Positions 51,415-64,000 of a stretch of 64,000 bases of DNA are shown here, piece by piece; the stretch's first letter is position 1, and each line of letters opens with the position of its first letter. Origin of the DNA: Phoronis australis (taxonomy: Eukaryota > Animalia > Phoronida). The stretch covers positions 910,911-974,910 of the forward strand of contig NMRA01000032.1 of assembly GCA_002633005.1 (NCBI GenBank), given 5' to 3'. The notes beneath the pieces are model-generated. The model was given only the letters and a program-made list of their open reading frames with translations, ran no database searches and was not told the DNA's origin. The position numbers and the translations under genes are program-made.

Positions 51415-54400
51415 TTCTGCTCATATGAAACTGACTAGTTACTGTAGGAAACGGTGGCTTCCTGTTGTTAAAACAAGAAGGGATGTTCAGTTGCGTGGGT
51501 CATCAATCATGCCAGCGACTTGATTGAAGTCCACAGGTTCATCCCACTTTGCACAATTAATATTGGAAGACATCACTCTCACATCCAAGCAAGCTGGTGG
51601 AGCAGTGGGTTGATGATACTGATAGGTGCACCAGATAAACTGGGTTCTGTAATATGATGCCAGGTTAGAATTCCATATGTTGCGAATGAGTGAATGAGTA
51701 ATGTTTGACTGCCATGTCTTGTAGGTTACAAACTAGTGTATTTGTAAAGATAAGAGTGGACTCTTTATTAGGAATGTGGAAATTCTCCACTTATTTCTCA
51801 CATAAACAATTGCCAAAATGGCCATCTTTTCATTTTTCAGTGTGCCTGGTTACCGTTTTGTAAATAATGGGAGCTTTAGCAAATGTTATTTTACAACATC
51901 TACCCACATTTAAACTATGTTTGTAGCCGACCAAAATGTCCTTGATCTTTATTTTTGTGTAGAAATTTAACAAAATAGATTTTCACTTTTCAGCCATATT
52001 GTGTGCTAAGCATGTGATGATTTGGCATAATGAAATCAAGCTCTCATCGTGGGGAGTAACGAGATAATGAGTTTTTATCATTGTTGTAGTCATCATCGTT
52101 ATGATTTATATATGGACTAATATCAATTAGTAATTTTAAAGGAATTTGAATGTTTTAGTAATGGTTACCTTGCATTTGTTCACCCTACGTGTGTGAAATG
52201 TTTTGTATCATGTTTAGAAATCTTGAGCCTTGTTTGAAAAGCTCTACAAGCCCCGTTTGAAAGGACTGATCTTTTTCTGCTTCTAAGCCAAATTATTGAA
52301 AATGTGTTCCAAAAGTACTTTTCATTGTGGAATAACAGTAAAAATGAAAGCGAAATTCCCAGAAAGTGAAAGTATTTTGTAATTATAGATGTTTTCATGA
52401 ATTAACAGAAAGGAAAATTAGTACGTGAGAATATGACGCGCATTTCACGCTGTGTTTCAGTTTTAGTCCACGGAAAACCATGTCTAGTGTTCTCCACAGT
52501 TTGTCGCTTCTTGTTATTCCTATCTGAAAAATGAACTGTGATGTATCGTCATGGCAGTTTCGAGAAGTGGTCATCTTTAAAGCGGTAGATAACTGCATAA
52601 AAATAAATCCCAGAAACTTCACTTATATCATATTATGGATAAACAGTTATATGTTTACATGTATCAGAATTTCCAATCAGTATTTTACCAAGCTGGATAT
52701 TGCATTGTTTATCAATCGGGCTTCATGAAACATGTTTGGCAGAGATTGAATTTCATTTTCTTGACTCTGAGCAGTTTATAGTTCCCAGGATAGTACATTT
52801 GATACTTGTTTGGGTTTGCTTGGCACCGATGATGAAAACTGTTAGCTGCATGTAACACAGGTTATGGTAAATTATAATGTTTCATAGTTCCAGTACCAAT
52901 TTAGGGCTCACAGTATGGAAGACAAGGGAAATTTCTCATGTTTTCATAGGTGCTGTAGCACCAAAATAATACTCTGTCTCTTTAACTGTACTTAAGCTAC
53001 CGAACTGACAATATTTTGAATAAGAGTAGCAATTATTTTTGTACGGAATTAGTGAGATTTCACCGTAATAGCTGAAATGTGTTTTTGAAAAATGTTAATT
53101 TGGCCAAAGACATTTTTTGGTTAATTATTATCCAGCCTTCTATTAAAAAGGTAATAAACCCTGTTTTGATGATTTCAGCCAATCCTCGTTCGGTTACCTG
53201 CTAATGCCTCATTGGTTCCATTCTTGAAAGGTAAAAGCAGGAGCCCACTAAAAATCATGTACACCCTATGTCACGGATTGTGGATTATGGTTCTTTGTTG
53301 GTGGTTTTTCTCCACAGTTGCCTTGCACATCGCTAAAAGCTTATGTCGCGCTTGTCCGTTTTGCAGACTTCGAAAGGAGTTCTCAAATTTTCCTTCAAAC
53401 TTTTGATTGTTGGCGAGGGTTATAGAGCATTATTTTGTTTCAGAGTATTGGATGGGAATATTGTTTTTAATATATGTTAACAGGACAAGGCCGGGTTTGA
53501 TATCCTTTTAAATATTACAAGCCTGTGTTAAGTAGATGCGAGAACCTGATGAAAATGCAAAATCGTGCAAGACTCCTTGAGAATTCGTCTCGCATCTTGC
53601 AACATATAATACAGTATGAATTAGAGCAATGCTGATTGATGTTTAGGCTATGTGACTTTACTTTGGACATTCCTTGAAGAGCGTTTTGATTTGATTTTGC
53701 AGCCCTCTTAAAAATTGAGTCTTCTTGTTTATAATTACTACGTCATGCATTATAAACGCCTCACGGCTTTATTGTCATTTCATGTTATTTTGAAGTGTCC
53801 ATTTGTGACCAGCTGATTCAGCGTTCAATAATGTAATTTTTAGGTTATGTAGGACCTAAAAAGACTCCAAATTTAACTTAACTTCGGATTATCGTATTTC
53901 AGTTTAAGTGGCTGATCGAATGTGCACAATACTTTGAGATACACTTCTCGCACTGTTCTCAAAACCCTTAGAGGAATTGTTTTTTAAAATGTTCCACTTT
54001 TGCAATAGGTGTTATAAAAAATTCAATTTTATGATTTTGTGAAAAGAATCAAAAGTTGCTTGAAACGAAATAATTTAGAATGTGAGTATACCATTCTTTT
54101 TTACTAAAATTGTCTAGAAATACATGGTCACATGGTCCGTCTTGACAGGTTGGCAAAAAGTCAAAAATCACAGGCTTTCTACTTTGAGAAAATATGTACT
54201 TTTACTGAGTTAAAATCTACAGTTTTCTAGATACCCACTCTACGTAGCTATAAATAACAGTATTAGTGATTCATTGCTGTTTCTCAGAAATCCTCTTAAT
54301 GCTGAAAATCCAGGTTTCCTCCAACAAACCTGAATATTTATGAGATCGTCTACTTGTAATTATGCTCCTGTTGTTTTTGTATATGTTTTCAAAGAAATTT

Positions 54401-55829
54401 GAACTAGTTGATCAGTCAAGTGTAAATTGATGGATTAATAACCCTGCTTAGTCTTACTTGACTTTGGGTTTGTCCTTTGAGTTTCACAATGTTATTTTAC
54501 CAATGAGACTGAGAATAAAACCTCATTTTGTCAAAACAAAGAAGACTGTCTCAAAAATTTGTGACTGCATGGAATTTGTTTTTAGTTAAACCTAGGAGTC
54601 ACATTAAATAGCTGAGTTTCGAAATAGCCTTACCGTATTAAAATTCACGAATCCGCCAGACGATGATCAGATCTTTGGTGGACAGGCGTTCAGCGCCACC
54701 TACAGATCCCATGTAATGTGGATGGGAGGTTTCAACCTGCTGGCACAGACAGCGTTTTAACACCTTTCCTAATATTGTAATGCCGGCAAATTTCCGCTGC
54801 TGCACGGTGGGATTTACCAATGCCTTAGGAAAAAAGTCAAACTTTTTGAAATATCAATTGACGAGCAAGGACGTCCTATTCCAGGCATGTCTCACTGCGA
54901 AGATGCATCCGCAACAAAGCCGGTGGCCGCCGCTGATAATGTGGGAAAATTTCGATCAAAAAGCTGATATAACTAAATAAATTGGTGAACTTAAACTAGT
55001 CAAACAATGGGGGGGGGCCTGACAGTGGAATTTATTCCTCTGCTTTTAAATTAATAAATCAGTGTGTAGTAATTGAATTTCTGTCGTGATCAATCAGAGG
55101 TCACTTTCGTGCTCTCAATACTCTGGAGAGCGCCAATATGAAAAGTTCCCTATTAAATTGTCTAATTCTCCTCTGTCTTATTTAGCACACTCACCCCATT
55201 TTGCAAAAAAAAATGTTTTGCCCGTCACTTGTTATGTGCAAAGCTACTAGGTGGGATTTTGTTGCCTATCCTAATTTGCACACAGTTTTTCACTTGAGAA
55301 AATGTCCATGCAAAGCCTTGCCATCATTCTAATACTTAATAAACACCTTTTTAACTGTGTCAACAACTTAAGGTTTGAACATCATCCATTCACTGGGTTA
55401 TCTCCAGTTGTTTACGTGTGGTGAAAGGGGTGACCTGGAGTCATGTGTTCAGAGCAGTGTTTCACCAAGTACTCTTATATTAGAACAGGGTAAATTAACT
55501 TAATTGCTATTAATTGGATCATGGCAACGATAAGCAGCATTTTGTTAACTTCACGCACAGGTTCAGTTGGCACTGCTTGGTTACTCAGTTAATTTCACAC
55601 ACGACAACAACGAAATCTGTATATTCAGTTTGTTTGGCACACCCCGATTATCAGGAAAATGCAATAATTTATCTTCTGCGAAATAAGTGGTGCACCACCG
55701 TAAATTAATTTTTAATCATAGGTCGTGCATGATTTCATTACGGTCCATTGATTCTTTCTGTGGCGAGATTCACTCCTGCAAGGCTGATTATTCACGTTCC
55801 TGCACATGACTTGAAAACTAACAGCATAA

Positions 55830-56012
55830 ATAATCAAAGAGAGATTAAATCTGTTCAACTGGATTGCGGTGCTTGCTGAAAAAATCTTGAAATCCTCAGG
55901 AGCATCTCACTCCATTCTTGAGGAATGGTGGAGCCGGTTGCTCAGAAGGGCTTAAGGATTTTTTAGCAAGTGCCATAGTCCAGTTGAACAGATTTAATTT
56001 CTCTTTGATTAT
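55830..56012. mobile_element. ~183-bp fold-back MITE
   Basis: ATAATCAAAGAGAGATTAAATCTGTTCAACTGGA... is inverted against ...TCCAGTTGAACAGATTTAATTTCTCTTTGATTAT (33/34 match); imperfect pairing continues towards the centre. Confidence 0.88.
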
Positions 56013-57717
56013 GAATTTTCCTGCATGGATAAAGACTTGCATTTCAAGATGTAAAGACGAAGTGATTTCGTGTTAACTGATTCTTTAGAAGTTAAGAGAA
56101 ATTTGCAACAATTGTCGGCATTCTTTGCTTGCCTGCGTGTATGTGGAAACCGGCGACATCTTGCTAGACTCGGGAACAAGGTGTTGTACTGTGAAGGCCT
56201 ACGTGGATGGGGGGTTCGTTCATTGAATTTAGATACTAATTTAGGACACAATATGCTAGAGGTGCATTTATATTTTAACTAATTAATAAAAAAATAGTTA
56301 ATATCATAATAATCAGTTTAAACCTCTGTACCTTGGATATCCTCGGGCAATGTTTTGAGAAATAGTGGACTTTCGTAACAACGATGCGATTTTGGTTCCA
56401 AACAAACTTTAGTTCATTACACTCAAATGAGTCGCTATTCGCTTGAATCCAGGGTTTCTAGTAACTAGCCGAAAGTACCCGCCTGTATAAAAATGAAAGC
56501 GAACAGTGATATTTAACAAAATTTGCCTCGAGGAAGGACTGCTACCTTAACCTTTATAACAATGTCAATAGTACTTGTACGACATTTGTGACTGTTTACT
56601 GTAGTTTGTTATTCAGATCTATGGCAAAAATATTATCCTTATCTTACTATAAATGAAATTCTGTTTTTCCATCCTGACAGGTCATATCTCTTGCAATCGG
56701 CCATAATGATGAGAAATAACACTAACTGCTCAGCCATCGTAATAGAGTCATTTTGTTTGATAGGTTTGTCGGTGTAGTATTTCAAATGAAAATGCCAAAA
56801 TACAAGTCATGAATTCTGACTTATTTGCTATGAATAATCAAAAGTTCACCAATTCTTCAGTATGACAGCTGTACTTCACGGACCATGCTGACAACAGGAC
56901 AATTCTTTTCTTAAGTTATGTTTTTGCTAAAAAGTAAAATTTTAATTGCATCCATACTGACCGATAGTGTAAGAAGATTCAAATTCTTGTACATGATAAA
57001 GAATAACATCAGAGGTACCTTTTTGTCAGAGGGAATTCCTGGTCCTACCACAATGGGTCGATTAAAGGGCCGGAACTTCAATAAGCACCGTCTCGAATTA
57101 GCTTCAGGAGTGAAAAACTCAGCAATTAGAACACGGGTCTTGAATAAGCTCTCGGGGTTTAATTCACTGTAAGTAGCTCAAAAGGTTTTGGCGTATGCTG
57201 GAAAGAGCTACCGTAGTGAAATGTTATATTACCTCTCAGCATGCTTGCTTTTAATGATGGCTTGAAGTGAGTTCAATGAGATCTACCGATGTGGGATCTT
57301 AATACTGGTACCAAAGTTTCTTGGTCTTTTAGCCAATTGTGGAATTTGCAATGGGTCTTGTATAATTGCTGGGGGTCTTAAATTCATTGACAAATAAGTC
57401 CCCGGCACTTAATCGATGCTTTGCATAGATCGTGTTTGTTGCATTTTAGGCGAGACCACACAAGAGCACGCAGTCATGAGAGTTAGCTCACTAGGTTACT
57501 TGTGTGAACTTGTAAAATGGCCGCCAATGAAGCGATTGATCAGCAAAGCTGGAATGTTTAGTTAGGGGAAAAATCCGTTCCAATTTCATGAGCCAAGGTT
57601 TCTTTTCTCAAGTGTATTGCGTTATGAAACTCGATCTCTGATGTTGTTGCAAGGTAGTTCCTTAGCCAACCATAATTCCACTGTTTTGCTTCAGGTGCCC
57701 CCGAGTATGTGAGTGCC

Positions 57718-57816
57718 ATGAAACAGAGAAATGTACTGTACATCATCGTGTCGATGGTGGTGGTGTGGAACATAATCTCCTACATGACCATGGTCTCCAA
57801 ACCCTCCCAACCAGTG
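57718..57816 (+). CDS. First coding exon of a type II membrane (Golgi glycosyltransferase-like) protein, resembling the MGAT1/GnT-I N-terminus; gene continues beyond the window
   Basis: TTTTGCTTCAG acceptor (exon starts 57695), GCCATG start, GTGAGT donor at 57817. Encodes MKQRNVLYIIVSMVVVWNIISYMTMVSKPSQPV: a short basic tail plus a signal-anchor containing WN, as in MGAT1. No catalytic exon is visible, so identity is tentative. Confidence 0.65.
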
Positions 57817-57965
57817 GTGAGTACAGCCTTGGTCTCTGCGGAATGGTTTCTTTTTGAAAATTGTTTGTTTGCAGTAATTTTTCAGTTACTTCAGTGCACT
57901 CAAAAATATTAAAAGAATTACTTTTCAAATTACCAATGTAGTGTTATCAATTGTGAAAGATTTAT

Positions 57966-58378
57966 AAAAGTCCCGTTTACACAGTCACCCTAGAACAAGT
58001 TGCACTAGTGCAACATACCCTACTCTTAAGTGGAGCATCCACACACACATATTCGGTAACAAGGGTAAGGTGGAAGTTGTCGCTCTGTGTGTGACAATGA
58101 ATATCTAATGCGAGTACGGCGCACAAAAGAAAACCCGTCTGCAACCGCAGCTCATAATTGCTTCTGCCTTACCTTAGATTTGCAGCCGCACAGACGTAAG
58201 AAGTGGTGCAAGTTACCCTAGTACAAGTTACCCCACCTCATTAAGGTGGTGTAAGTTGTCACAAGGGGGGGTAAGTTGTGCTAATTTACGTAGCGTCCAC
58301 ACAGCCTCCAAACCTAGCGACAACTCGTTCCAGGAGTTGCATATTCTAGGCTAAGTCTGTGTGTGGATGGCATTTAAG
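57966..58378. mobile_element. Harbinger-like MITE
   Basis: Starts TAAAAGTCCCGTTTACACAG and ends CTGTGTGTGGATGGCATTTAA; internal CATCCACAC/CGTCCACAC and AAGTT repeats. Confidence 0.55.
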
Positions 58379-58608
58379 TGTTGTTTAAGTCATTTTCATG
58401 AAACAGACCCAAGGTGTTGTCATGCATTATGAACTTTTTGTAACTCGGAAGTAAGTACGGCAACTGAAAGCACCTTAATTCGGTAATCTAGGAGGCATCC
58501 AGTTCCCGCCATAATGCCCTTGGCAAGATAATCCTATTAAATTGGTTAATAAATCTAGTAGATGCTGGAATGCCATGCAGTTACCGACAGATAAGAATAT
58601 AAAACAAT

Positions 58609-58790
58609 AAAAATAGTAAAAATAAAACGAGCGTCGGTACGATAATATATTATAATATTCCCCGCTTTTCGAGCGATGCGCTACATTTTATTTATATCCA
58701 TCTATTTGGCAGTTTGTAGCGCATCGCTCGAAACGTGGTTAATATTTCAATATATTTTAGTACTGACAATCGCTTTATTTTTATAATTTT
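58609..58790. mobile_element. Fold-back palindromic element
   Basis: Perfect 19-bp inverted pair TTTCGAGCGATGCGCTACA (58667-58685) / TGTAGCGCATCGCTCGAAA (58715-58733), with imperfect AT-rich outer arms. Confidence 0.8.
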
Positions 58791-61700
58791 TCCTATTAAA
58801 TGGGATTTTTCCAAAATGTACTGTATTGCCAGCTTCGTCTCACATGTTTCAAACTTTTACTTCAAATTGTGGGCATGTTAATGTTACAGTATCAAACTTT
58901 AAAATTTACTGTTTTCTAAATTGCTCGTTTCCATGGTTTTATGTTAAAAAGGAGTTTACTGTCTGCTAACTGTCACCTACAATATTCTCCAAAATCGTAT
59001 TGTTGCACTCCTGAACACTTCCATTCATTCCTGAAGATTACATCAAAACTCGTGATAAACATACGAACACCCAGATTTAACAAAATTTACGTAAGCTCTT
59101 TCCATGTTTTATTCTATGGTAAATACTGTGAATCTTTAAGCTCTGCTGTAACTCTTATGTTTGCTCTGCCTGTTTGCATCATACCAAACTTGTTCTCAGA
59201 ATGTCTCAGCCCGTCTTAACATCTTGTTGAAGTGGGCTGAGGGTGGTCCTAAACTAGCAACGTTGGCAAAACATGCTTCGTATGCAATACCGTCTACAAG
59301 TTTTTTTCTTTGTTTTACTGGTTATTTAATATACAAACTGACAGAAAAAATCCATTCAATAATGTAACAACTGTTATGTTTAATAATCAGGTTAACAACC
59401 ACAATCACACAAACCTAACTACAACGTCGTGGATTATAATTTAAAATGTGCTATCCATTTCCAAATTTATTTTAGATTCGTTAAATAATAAGTTACCGGT
59501 AATTCAGTTTTAGAAATACTGATTGATGGGAATTGTTTCTTGTTGAGAGGGCTCATTGTCCAGCAGGTGTCCAGTCGGTGTTTGTCTCATTTCCAAGCTC
59601 GCATTCAGAATGACCTTGATGTGGTAGTGCCCTTTTGTATGCTTTTGTTTGTAAATAAACTGATTGTTCGATTACACCTTCAGTTAGTTAGTGCTTTTAT
59701 ATTTCACTCTCCATGTTTTCTCAAGTAGCAAGAATTTCATACCTTCTCCCCATCCTGAAGTCGTATATTTCTTACTTAAATTTCAGTGTCATCTCGTCTG
59801 CTGCTACTGTGCGTTTTTGCGTATTTCTCGACTTTTTTAATCATAAGTTGCACTCAACCGCTGATTTACACAGGAATGAAACATGATAACATGTCGAAGC
59901 TTCAAAGCATAGTAAATAGCGTTCATAGGCACAGCAAACATATGAGAATATTTGAATTTGGTTACGGTAAAATTTGAGTCCTTCATTATGATATTCAACT
60001 CATGTGACACCAAGTGTACAAGTAAACTGTGGCTTCATTACTGAAAAAACCTGGTTTTGAGTAGGAGACATTCTCCACAATACTCTTATTAAACATTGTG
60101 AGAGCACGAAAGTCTGTTTTGCTTGCCACAGCTTCCAATTCTGATGTGCCAGTCTGACCAGGTTGACAGATATGAAACGTCCAATTCCCTTAATATTGTC
60201 CGTTTTCATCATCATGGGTGATAGTCACAGTGACTTCTTTCTCTTTGTAAAATTAATACATTGATATTGGACATTGGCGACATGTCTGTGTTTTTAGTCA
60301 ACTGTCTTCAAAACTGTATATATTCTGAAAGTGAGTCCTGTAGAATTTGATTTTTAAAAGTTCACCAATCTGCTGTCAGTGGCGGTCACATGACAATGTC
60401 ATTTTTGGAAATGTAGCACAAAAGATGCAATCGTTCAAGATGAACTCAGAAATGCCCTTACAGTTTTTTAAAGTTTTATTTTGTTTTTTTTTTTGTTTAT
60501 ACAGTTGTGTTATGGAGAACAATGGCTGAAACATTTGGTATCTGAAACTGAAAGTTTCATTTGAATCTGATCAGCCATTTTTGGTGGTCGGAAGTTAACC
60601 AAATTTGCACATTTTTGTAGGGTCCTAGCTAACCTTAAATTTATTACTACGGTAGTATTAAGGTTTCGTAGGGCCTTAATGGCAAGTCTGCATTTATTCA
60701 AAAATCTAGAATTTCCAGAAAATTACAGATTTTAACTCGGTAAAAGTATGCATTTTCTGAAAGTAGAAAATCTGAAGAATTTGAATTTTGACTTTATTCC
60801 AAACTGCCATTAGTTGGTTCACGTTACCATGTTAGTAAAATTCAGTAAGACGACGAAAGTTGTGATGATAGCAAAACAACACTATCAACGATATGGTGAA
60901 ATTTTGTTTGATATCAAATGTTTAGAATGAGAACTCAAGTACGCCCGCTGTTAAAATTTTCTAAAATGTTTCGTTTCATCGATGCAACTTCACATTTCAT
61001 TCATGGCATCTGTATGTGTAAGTGGCTTGACCCAAACTTAATCACTCTCAATCTGTACTCGGATTAAAAAAATCTGGTTTGGACGAAACAAGCACCCATT
61101 GTTTAGGGAATTTCCTGAACACCAAGAGTGCTTTGTGGAGAGCCTAAAACTTGTCTGTCATGTCTTGTGTTGAGTTATTTTTTGGTAAGTTAATCTGCGA
61201 TGATCTGGTTTGAGTTTTGTTTTGTCTACTTGGTGTACAATTCAAATTCCAGACACCCATAAAACCTGGTGCAATATGGGGTGTGCGGTTTCACTTTGGT
61301 ATTGTGTTTTGTAACTAGGGCATGCTGAGAAGGTTGGCCAAAAGTCCAAATTTGATTTTTTTACAAAATGAGTTTGTGGTCTAAGAGTTCCACTTGCCTT
61401 GAGTTGGGATGTTTTAAGGTGGGAGTTTGAAGTCCGAACAGGCAATATTTGGATATAATGTGCCCATATTTTGAGAACCAGTTTGATGCACATTATTCAA
61501 TGGAGAAAACTGGTTCTCAAAATGCGGGTATGTTGTATCCGACCATTAACATCCGAACATGTAACATTGAAATGGTATTGAAAAGTGCTGTGTTCAATAT
61601 TTTTGGGGCATGGACATGCTTAAAGTACTCATATTAATGTATTTGGGAGCATGCCATCTTTATGACTTTAGTTGATAAGCTAGGACGACATGAACAGTGG

Positions 61701-64000
61701 TTCTTCACCCATTTTGGGTGCAATATGGCAAACGTGAAATTTTATTCCGTCAAATTCTTCATCAAAGTAAAGATTAAGAAAATTTTAATCTATTGCTAAT
61801 ATAGTTTGCTCTGTGTAGATGTCGTAAAACAAAATTGGGTGAAGTTTGCACAATTTGTAGCAATCAGCCATTAGAAAATGGAGAAATAAAATTTTCTGAA
61901 TTAGTTTTTGTGCGAATTACCCGGTAAGTGGAGAATAAATATATCCTTTTTTGGGTCTTATCAACTTAACTTTCATGATTTTGTCAGATCTTTCTCCCAC
62001 TGATGGGTTTGACAAAGTATGAGGAGAGTCGTACTAATGACCGTAAAAATTCACATTTAAAATCTTACAGTAAAAAGGCTAGGAGTTACTGTACCTTCAG
62101 TCATGGTCTAGCCTTGACTGGCAAAAAATAACTTTTTATTTTGGCCACTTACTATGATAAAGGTCGCCTCAATTCATTCCTAACTCATAGTAAAAGTGTT
62201 TCGGGGTAGAACCTATTGTTTTCTAGTGCTCGCTCCATGTTTGGGCCTGAAATAATCCATCGTGACAAGTCTACTTATCAAGGCTTGTCTCCAGCAATAA
62301 GAAAGTCCGATATTCCTAAACCCAGAAATCACTACTAATCTGATTAAGGAACTGTTTTAAAAGAGTAAGTAGATTGAATCAAAACTTCATCCTTAAGTCT
62401 TTTTTGGCTAAAAAAGAGTTCAGAGTGCTCAGTTTCAACTCCTAGGCGGTGATGGGAGACCAAAGTATCGTTTGTTGGGAAATCCTCTGGCGCATGTTTT
62501 TACGTGTATTTGTAATAGTATTGCTTATAATTTGCAGACAACACAGAGCGTGCTCTCGTCCTTGTCTGAGAGACTTGTCTCACGATTCAATACGGTATTT
62601 TGGGTGTAGTGCTTGGTGGTTGGGTTGGCACCCTGAAACCTTCTGCTAGTTCCTGTCTTAACGCTTACTTCTGTTGGGGGCCTGTGCATGTGATGCTGGA
62701 TGGGCAACTCGAAATTCACTAGGTGTTGTTCCGAGTGAAGCAGGGAACCTTCCCATAGAAATGCCAGGTAATCCTATGCTGATGATTTGGGGTCTGTGTT
62801 GTGTAAAGTGGCTTAATTTGGTATTGTGCTATCACTTAATAACAGTTGCTGTATTACAGTTAACCAATAGTTACGAGCGCATCACTGCCCAGAAATATTT
62901 CATAAAAATTGCCTCTGGCAGTAATCTGTAGAATCTCAGAGACTGCTAAGTGAGATTTAATTATTTTTCGCAAACAAATGTGTTGAGTGTAGAGCCAAAT
63001 TTCTCGACTTATCTCAAGTCATTTTTCATGAAACAGTCCTCTGCCTTCATTTTGTTCAGTTGTCAAGCACAGAAAAGAGGGATTTTTAGTCATTAACGTC
63101 ACCTAGTGAATGTCGAGTTGCCCACTGTACGTCTGTATTTCGTGGAACATTTTGTGTAAGGAAGATCTTTATTCACTCTACTCTGTGTTGTGCTACTGCA
63201 AACCGGTGCATGGTGAGTCGATACATGGCAATGGTACTGTTTGTCTTATCTTCCGTGCTTCCAATGAACCGTTGTATTTTTACTTGTGAAAAACTAAAAA
63301 TCATTACTACAGATTGTTTCGTACTGTTCCTTTACAGTAGATGGTTACCAAGGCGAACGTGTTCTGTAGACGCAGAAAGCTTATAAAAACGATAGATCAT
63401 GCAAGACTGCGAGATATCCCCTTGTGTTACAAGCAAAGCACATGAGCACACTAGTTCCCTTATTATGCCTACAGGATTGCTTTTAATCCTTTATGTTCTT
63501 GCAGTAACTAGAATAGATGTGATTTATATGCAGTTCACAAGCTTAAAAGCCTTGATTTCAAAGCACATCTCTGGATTCTTAATCCAGCTACAGTACTCCT
63601 CAAAATGTTTACTCTGCTAATGGCCTCTGTGAGTTTGCTGGTAATGGAGAATCTTGACCAAGCACCTTGACCTACATGCTGCAGCTGCTGGTGTCACACC
63701 TCTGTTGCGACCAGCTGCTGTAATCATGGCCACCAACATGTTTATAGTGGGTGCTAGTAGCTGTGTTCGGGTTTTTAAATAGATACTTTTATATATGGAA
63801 ACCAGTCTCTTTTGCCTTAGTGTTGAAAGTACATAAAATATTACAGCCGCTTCTAGGAGAACCCGATTAGCTGCCGTTGTGTCTGTTAGACCGTTGTTGG
63901 CTAACGAAAGACTGAAGACCGAAACTATCCAAAAAGAATAAAACCTAACATGTACATCATGTATAATTCATGAATAATTTAAAAAATATGGATGGTTGGA

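Noticed and set aside
59786-59977. Hydrophobic ORF after an AG as the next exon of the MGAT1-like gene
   Set aside because: The phase-0 frame required by the upstream exon hits a stop within 18 codons.

Overview
AT-rich, intron-rich eukaryotic DNA, most likely from an invertebrate animal; the species cannot be determined from sequence alone. The ORF track is mostly noise, so genes were rebuilt by hand from GT-AG sites and reading-frame phase. There are four genes in two head-to-head pairs. (1) SRBD1/Tex-like gene on the minus strand: 5 coding exons at 40-5822, running off the left edge. (2) A complete 5-exon Rab11 on the plus strand (8522-16908, 215 aa, ending in CC), diverging from SRBD1 at a CRE/YY1/ETS promoter near 8.3 kb. 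(3) A large minus-strand gene I cannot name (about 22596-44093). It starts with a dual-acylation N-terminus (MGCGSS), has a coiled-coil/helical core, four 18-42 nt microexons and a ~3.56-kb phase-0/0 giant exon with an 18-aa SxxSxxS repeat array. Predicted products are ~657 aa without and ~1845 aa with the giant exon, and there is an X-box-like motif at its likely promoter. (4) The first coding exon of a type II membrane protein resembling MGAT1 on the plus strand (57718-57816), sharing the ~48.8-49.2 kb promoter. Introns carry many non-autonomous transposons (5-bp-TSD MITEs, Harbinger-, mariner-, Kolobok- and EnSpm-like elements, fold-back elements) and tRNA-derived SINE relics. Two tandem duplications abut single-N gaps and are probably unmerged haplotypes. 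The best novelty candidate is gene 3.
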